This document shows, piece by piece, positions 55,493-64,000 of a DNA stretch of 64,000 bases. Origin of the DNA: Octopus sinensis. Taxonomy: Eukaryota. The position numbers and the translations under genes are program-made. The notes beneath the pieces were generated by a model. The model was given only the letters and a program-made list of their open reading frames with translations, was not told the DNA's origin and ran no database searches. The stretch is from positions 8,060,001 to 8,124,000 of the forward strand of contig NC_043004.1 of the NCBI RefSeq assembly GCF_006345805.1. Direction: 5' to 3'. Positions within the stretch are counted from its first letter, which is position 1, and the number at the start of each line of letters is the position of its first letter.

Positions 55493-56384
55493 ATATATAT
55501 ATATATATACATATACATACATACACACATATATACGTATACATACATACATATACATACATGCATATATATATATATACATTCATATATTTATATATAT
55601 ACGTATATATACATATATACATTCATACACACACACACACACTATATATATATATAATATATATACATATTTATATGTATATATATATTTACATGCATAT
55701 ATATGTATTTATATCTCTATAGATACATACATATGTAATGATGAAAGGATAAGACTAGTGGTCATGCATTTGGGCAGGGTTTTCGTTTTTCCTTTGTGTT
55801 ACTTCTATGCATTCTTTGAAGTGCAACACACGTGTACAGCTGTTATTCTTCTCGGCTATATATATTATATATATATATATATATGATTGTGTGTGTGTGC
55901 GCGCGCGCGCGCGTGTGTGTGTGTATAGCTGAGAAGAATAACTGCTGTACAGCTGTGTTGCACTTCAAAGAATGCATAGAAGTAGCTCAAACGGACAAGT
56001 AACTTTACAGGAAAAGCGAAAAGCCCACATTTGGATATCATTGCAATTTCGGCATCTAAGACAATATAGTTGATTCATTGGTTCGCATAACATATTTAGA
56101 GTTAGAGAGACTACAGTTGAGTACATATGAAAAAGAACGACAAGAACAAATGATTATGCAAGATTTGTAAATGAAAAGTATGAACCAAAATGAGAATATA
56201 ATAAAAAGGGGCTTATGCATTCGTTTGCAACCTCACAAGTCTAATAAGTTGTGGACACAGTTGAAATTAACAATATCGTTGGAGAGGCCGAAAAGGTAAT
56301 GCTTTCTGAAGAAGAGTTCAGACTTGTACATGTCCGTTTATGTCCGTTAATGCTTGATTCTGTGGATGCAGACATCTGACCATC

Positions 56385-56885
56385 ATATTGATTTTAATCC
56401 TAATTAACAGCACAAACAATAATATTAACATCACCATGGAGTACAGTAAAACTCATGAACCATTCCAATCATCAAACCAGTCGCAAATATTGAAACAGAC
56501 ATTCACTACAAACCAACAAATTCTAAATAATGCCCGCTGTTCTCCTCATGCGATACGAAACACACGAAAAGTAATACTCCTTTTAATCTGGCAAGAAGAA
56601 TCTGCACAATTGTTTCAAACGTCGAAGCTCATAATAAAAGACTCCAAGAATTAAATACTACTCGAGAGAAAATATCAGTCAATGTCAATAGATAACGGAA
56701 TAGAACGAGCCAGAGCAATAAATATTCAAAGACTGTGAAAAACAAAAGAATACTTCAGACACACCGAATATTCTACCCTAAAACAGAGAACCCCTAAAAC
56801 AGAGAAGTTTACATTATCCACCAGGACATTCCACTACTGAGACAAGACTGAAGAAATAAACACGCAATCGAAAAATAAGCAAAAG
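56385..56885 (+). mobile_element. Penelope-like RT C-terminal fragment
   Basis: IETDIHYKPTNS...KHTKSNTPFNLARRICTIVS, homologous to 18140-18300. Confidence 0.8.
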
Positions 56886-57793
<908 letters not shown>

Positions 57794-57925
57794 TTATATG
57801 TCTGTCTGTATCTGTTTGTTTGTCTGTATGTGTATGCGTGCTTTGTGTGAACGTTGATACGAGAATAAAAATGCTAGAGAGTAAAAATGAAATTACGTTA
57901 ATAAAAAACTGGAGACATTATCTGG

Positions 57926-57960
<35 letters not shown>

Positions 57961-59122
57961 GCAATATATATGACTGTATTTAGCAACTTTCATAATGAAG
58001 TAAATATCATTTAAGTAGAGAATTAAATGAGAACCCAACCCGTTTATCATAGTTGGATTTTAAAGTGATGTTCACCGTAGGAATAGTTTCCAATATGTCG
58101 TCCAATAAGGCAACTTGATCTCCTACAGTTTACATTCCAAATTAAAGGAAGTACGGAACTGTGGTATCTGTCAGTATTTGAATTAATTACAGAAACTAGA
58201 TTCTTCCTCTTTGGTGTTCAAACGGATTTCATGAAGGAAAAGCAATATTTCTCCTCTTTGGCAGCTTCCAGGCGTTAATCGACACTGCATATGATAATGA
58301 TGATGTTTTTGATGATGATAATGATGATGCTGTCAGGGCCGGCATACACCGTCTAATCACCGAAGCTGGAGCAATTATCGCTATTAATCGAATCATATTA
58401 AAATGTAGAGGTTTGAGATTGCCAAATGTTTAAAGTAAAGCAGCACTTATTCATAGTTTGTGAGATCGAATTCGTGATACAAGTCGCAGAAGCAACCAAT
58501 GCAAAAGAATCACAGAATAAAAAAATATTTCATATCTAAAGATGAAACTATTAATCCTAATCCAATTGTGTTACACCGCTAAACTCAGTGAGTATTTAAA
58601 CGGCGTGTCTGTGGATAGTTGATGGGTCGGATCTGGGGTTGATAAGAGAGCAATAACTCCTGAGATATGCATGTACACCCATTCTCTATTTTTCTATCTT
58701 AGATCGCATTGTTTAAATAGAGGTATTCGTTTAGTGCTGCCTTTCAATTTTATAGAAAAAGTTTTAGAGATAAAGCGTAGACCTTTAGTACAAGAATTGA
58801 TGAAATGATATGGACGGAGATTATATTAGCCATAAAAGCAACCACAAACACGATGATGATAATAACGACGACGGCTGTTGGCTCTAAATCCTCATCATTA
58901 TCATCTACACGCCTGCATTCGAAGCTCAAACTCGTAAAGAGATGCTGCTTACATACCTGACCTCAAATATTTCTGTGTTTATTTGAAGGACTTTAGAGAT
59001 ATACACATGATACATAAAAAAATGAAATGTGTGCGTATATCCATCCATCCATCCATCCATCCATCCATCCATTGCCTCTCTCTCTCTCCCTCTCTCTCTC
59101 TATCTGTCTGACCGTTTGTCTG

Positions 59123-59189
<67 letters not shown>

Positions 59190-59195
59190 GTCTGC

Positions 59196-59253
<58 letters not shown>

Positions 59254-60119
59254 AGATTAGCATACCCGATACATTTACATGCATGCATATATACATGTGT
59301 GTGTGTGTGCGCGTGTACACTTCCCCTACATGTGCGTACGTGTGTGTTTATGCATGTGTATGTAACGTATTTCTAATGTCGTGGAACCTGCTGGATTTTT
59401 TTTGGCTTACAAGTAAGTCGGATGTGATGGAACAACAAAGCGTTCTCTTTGAATAAATAAACAGACGAAGGGAAAAATTGCAGAAGGAGAAAACAATTCG
59501 AAAGGAATCCGGTGTTTTGTTTACATCAGCTGCCCTCTGTTTTATTTTCATCCAGTCTTTAGTCTTTACACTTAAGTCTTGTTAAGTAAAAAATAAAAAA
59601 ATAAAATAAAAATAAAATATAAAGAATGATAAAAAGTGCCTCGACTTTTAGAAGGCGCTTTGGGTTTGTATTTTGTTGTTGTTTGTTTCCAGTCAGTAAG
59701 TTTCGAGAGTTCTCAAGTAGAGAAAAGACGTTCTCAGATTGATGTTGTTTATAAATGAAGTTCTTGATAGGCAAGTCGACTGAGAAAGAAAGGCTGTGAA
59801 GGTAAATACGATGGTGAAAGAGGTGAAAAATGTAAACTATGTTTATAGATAAACAAAAGCCGTCACAATCAAAGCAAAACTACTTAATGAGATTTTGAGA
59901 AAAATAACATGACATAACAAGAGCGAATAAGGAATTAAGGACGGGAACGGATGCAATGTATGTATGTATGTATGTATGTATGCATGTATGTATGTATGTA
60001 TGTATGTATGTATGTATGTATGTATGTATGTATGCATGTGTAAGTATGTATGTATGCATGTATGTAGGTGAATATGTATATATACATGCATATATATATA
60101 TATATATATATATAAATAT

Positions 60120-60168
<49 letters not shown>

Positions 60169-60548
60169 GTAAAATAATATGTGACAGTTATTCGGTCTCT
60201 TTCTTTCTTTTGTTATTTTACAGTTTTTACCAATATATATAAGAATTAAGGAAGGGAACGGATGCCATAATGCGAAGCTTGTGTGTGTATGCATGTATGT
60301 ATGTAGGTGAATATGTATATATATGTATATATATAAATATATATATATATATATACTTGTGTGTGTATATGGATGTATGTGCATGTGCGTATATATATGT
60401 GTGTGTTGTGTGTGTGTGTCTGTATGTTTGTGCGTGTGTATATATATATATGTGTGTGTGTGTCGCTCTCTCTATTTCATTTTCTGTGTACCAAAATTGC
60501 TTCTATAGTGTAACAAATCGGCGGGGTGGAGTCAAACAGAAAATTCCT

Positions 60549-60630
<82 letters not shown>

Positions 60631-60987
60631 CTAACTAAAAGAAATGGTTCACTGAAGATTTATAAATGGTTTGGTAATTGTAGCAAAGAAAGTAAGGGAA
60701 AACGATTTAGAAAATAATTATAGTCTTTCCTCACCTCCTCCTCCTCCTCCTCCTCCCCTTCCCCTCTCCCACCCGCCATCCCATCTTCATCATCCTCATC
60801 GTCCTCATCATAAATCCTTCCTTCTAGTTTTCCTACTCTTTCCTCTTCTCCTTTAACCTTCGACCCTGACGAATCGCCTTTTGTTAGACGTTCGACTAAA
60901 TGGCATCGATTTTTCTGATCAGAAATCTCCATTAAGGGTCACACTGTCTGTCTGTCTGCTTGTCTCTCTGTACACACACGCACACGC

Positions 60988-61087
<100 letters not shown>

Positions 61088-61759
61088 ACACACACGCACA
61101 CACATGTGTCCTGTTGCATTAGATGAATTGGTTCTTTTGTTTTTCCTTTTATTTTAATCCTTTCCAATTTCGAATTAAGACGAAAAATATTTTTTCGTAG
61201 TGTTTCATGGAGGTTTTTGAAGCTCTATTCTTCCTTTTCTCTATCGTTTTTAAAATTTCAGTAAGTTTTACTTCTTTTCAGATATATTATGACGGAGCAC
61301 CATTTAGAAAACAAAAGAAAAAACACAACAAAAGCGAACGAATTTATATGACAACCCAATTCACATATGTTCTCCCTTCTCTTAATACTTTATATCATAT
61401 TCAACGGAGAGAGGGCGAGAGAGAGTGAGAGAGAGAGAGGGGGGAGAGGGAGAAAAAAGAGAGGGAGGTGGAGAAAAGGAGGAAGAGTTCCTGTTAGTCT
61501 TTTAGTCTTATGCCGGTGGCATAGTAATATGTTTATATTTCTCTGGGTCTGTCTTTGCATTTCTTGTTTTTATTTTAAAGAATTGCCACCATGAGCTCGA
61601 AAGAATTGGAGCACAAACGAAGACGTGTGAGAGTCAGTTGAATAACGGCAACGGGGATGAAGTCGACGATAAAAGTCAGCCATAACAACGAAGACGATGA
61701 CGACAAAGGCAACGATAATGGTGGAAAGGCGACGAGGACGATGATCATAAACACCAAGA

Positions 61760-62190
61760 CAGCGAGCTGGCGGAATCGTCAGCACGCCGGGCGAAATGCT
61801 TAGCGGTAATTCGTCTGCCGTTATGTTCTGAGTTCAAATTCCGCCGAGGTCGACTTTGCCTTTCATCCTTTCGGGGTCGATAAATTAAGTACCAGTTACG
61901 CACTGGGGTCGATATAATCGACTTCATCCGTTTGTCTGTCCTTGTTTGTCCTTTCTGTGTTTGGTCCCTTGTGGGTAGTAAAGAAATAGGTATTTCGTCT
62001 GCCGTTACGGGCGTAATAATTAGCGGTATTTCGTCTGTCTTTACGTTCTAAGTTCAAATTCCACCGAGGTCGACTTTGCCTTTCATCCTTTCGGGGTCGA
62101 TAAATTAAGTACAAGTTACGCACTGGGGTCGATGTAATCGACTGGCCTCTTCCCCCAAAATTTCAGGCCTTGTGCCTACAGTAGAAAAGT
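61760..62190 (+). mobile_element. SINE family A double array (tail A then tail B)
   Basis: Two cores; the junction reads AAAGAAATA-GGTATTTCGTCTGCC. Confidence 0.9.
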
Positions 62191-62600
62191 ATCACCAAAA
62201 CCACTTCTTCAAACATCTATACCCCCGCCACCACCACCATTACCATAATTTGAAGAAAGAATAAAAAATTCAACTAGAAATGGTAATTGTTACTATTTTT
62301 CATTTTGCTGGAGTCAGTAAAATAAAATAACTAACAGTAATACATTCGGGTCGACTTTGTCACCTCTACTTTCCCCTCAATTTTGTGATCCTGTAATGTT
62401 GTTAGAAATTAGTTTATCAAAACGACGAACGAATCATGTATTTGAAAACCATGGTCAGAAAGTAAATTGTTGATACGTTTACATAAAGAAAGGCGACTGA
62501 AATGTTTGGCTTTAAATCTTCTGGTTCACAAGCTTACTTTCTCTTCTTCGCCTTTTCTATTGTTGTGGTTGCACTTCCTTGCAGCTCAGTGGTGTAATGC

Positions 62601-62966
62601 ACTCTCCACTCAAAGACTCCTCACTCAGATTTCTCTCCATTAGCCATGCTGCGTTTAATTCCTCCCACACTCAGCACTAGCCCCTACTCTGAGTCCTTTC
62701 TCTCCGGAACACCACTCCTACCAGGATTTTTTTTTTATCTCTTTACATGTTTTACCTACAGACGCTGACATGTAATAGTTTCAACTCTCCACTCAAAGAC
62801 TCCTCACTCAGATTTCTCTCCATTAGCCATGCTGCGTTTAATTCCTCCCACACTCAGCACTAGCCCCTACTCCGAGTCCTTTCTCTCCGGAACATCACGC
62901 CCACCAGGATTTTTTTTTTATCTCTTTACATGTTTTACCTACAGACGTTGACGTGTAATAGTTTCA
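62601..62966 (+). repeat. 183-bp direct tandem duplication
   Basis: 62601-62783 and 62784-62966 differ by only a few substitutions. Confidence 0.92.
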
Positions 62967-63494
62967 ACGGAACGTTAACGGTTTCAATCTCACCGATCGC
63001 AGGTCAGCGAAGGTCCTTCATTACTGGTCTTTCTAAAGCAACAAAAGTAAAGTAAGAAAAAAGCAACAAAAATCCAAAAGAAAAAAAACCAAAGACAAAA
63101 CAAACAAAGAATAAAAAATGTGAAAACATAAACTGCCAGACACAACCGCATAGACGGACATCATATCCGTTAAATCTTATCGTGTTTCGTAAACAGAGAT
63201 TTTAAAGAACAAGGGGAAATAGAAGCTAAACACTTAAGCGAAATCATCACCATAAAAAAATACTTCCATAATCCATCTCAGCTGTTGACCTCTTCGAGAA
63301 ACATTTAACCAAACTGTCGAATGACTTGTACGTATTTCAGATGCATTCCGCTCTTAAGTAATCTGATTAAACAAGCAAGAGTTAGCCATGCAAGAATCAG
63401 AATTGTTTTAGCCGTTCTCAGACAACAAATACTGATAAACTTCACACCCCACCCCAACACATAATCACCTACATACACAATTATACACACATAT

Positions 63495-63560
<66 letters not shown>

Positions 63561-63874
63561 TACACACATTCCTCGCTAAAGTTAATGTAGCGTCTGTCTA
63601 TTGTCTACATATCAGTGAATAACAGCAATTTTCTAAAGCGCCGAGATCACCTGTTAAGCTTTACCTGATCAGCGTTTTTTTTTTGTTCATTTACTTACTT
63701 CTTATTTTACCTTTGATATTTAAACGAAAAGTAGAATGCTCCCGACTCACTCTCTATTTTTCTCTCTCTACGTGATTTATAATAAATGTATAATATGCAT
63801 GCATAAGTGTGTATGCGTGTGTACGTATTTAACTTGATCAAACTATCTTACATATATACATGCATACATATACG

Positions 63875-63942
<68 letters not shown>

Positions 63943-64000
63943 TATATATTATATATATGTATATATGTATATAAATACATATGTGTATATATGCGTATGT

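Overview
Gene-free, repeat-dense eukaryotic DNA. It is AT-rich and full of microsatellites, and its SINE families look like those of an octopod cephalopod (inference). No host protein-coding exon can be supported: nearly all listed ORFs are microsatellite or antisense read-throughs. The contents are a near-full-length Tx1-clade LINE (21020-26276, minus, 13-bp TSD) nested in a ~1.1-kb non-coding element with ~280-bp direct repeats; 3' fragments of a second Tx1 family ending in (TATC)n; R4/Dong-like LINE ends in (TAA)n; decayed Penelope-like elements (PLEs); mariner, Tc1, maT-like and hAT relics; a CR1 RT relic; and three tRNA-headed SINE families. The most notable signals are: (1) a 537-bp non-coding unit in tandem and inverted copies inside (TA)n, carrying three intact type I hammerhead ribozymes (a retrozyme-like candidate that could make circular RNA); (2) a separate type I hammerhead at 36969-37056; (3) the dominant SINE shares its 3' terminal ~42 bp with the (TATC)n-associated Tx1 family and appears to insert into its own head.
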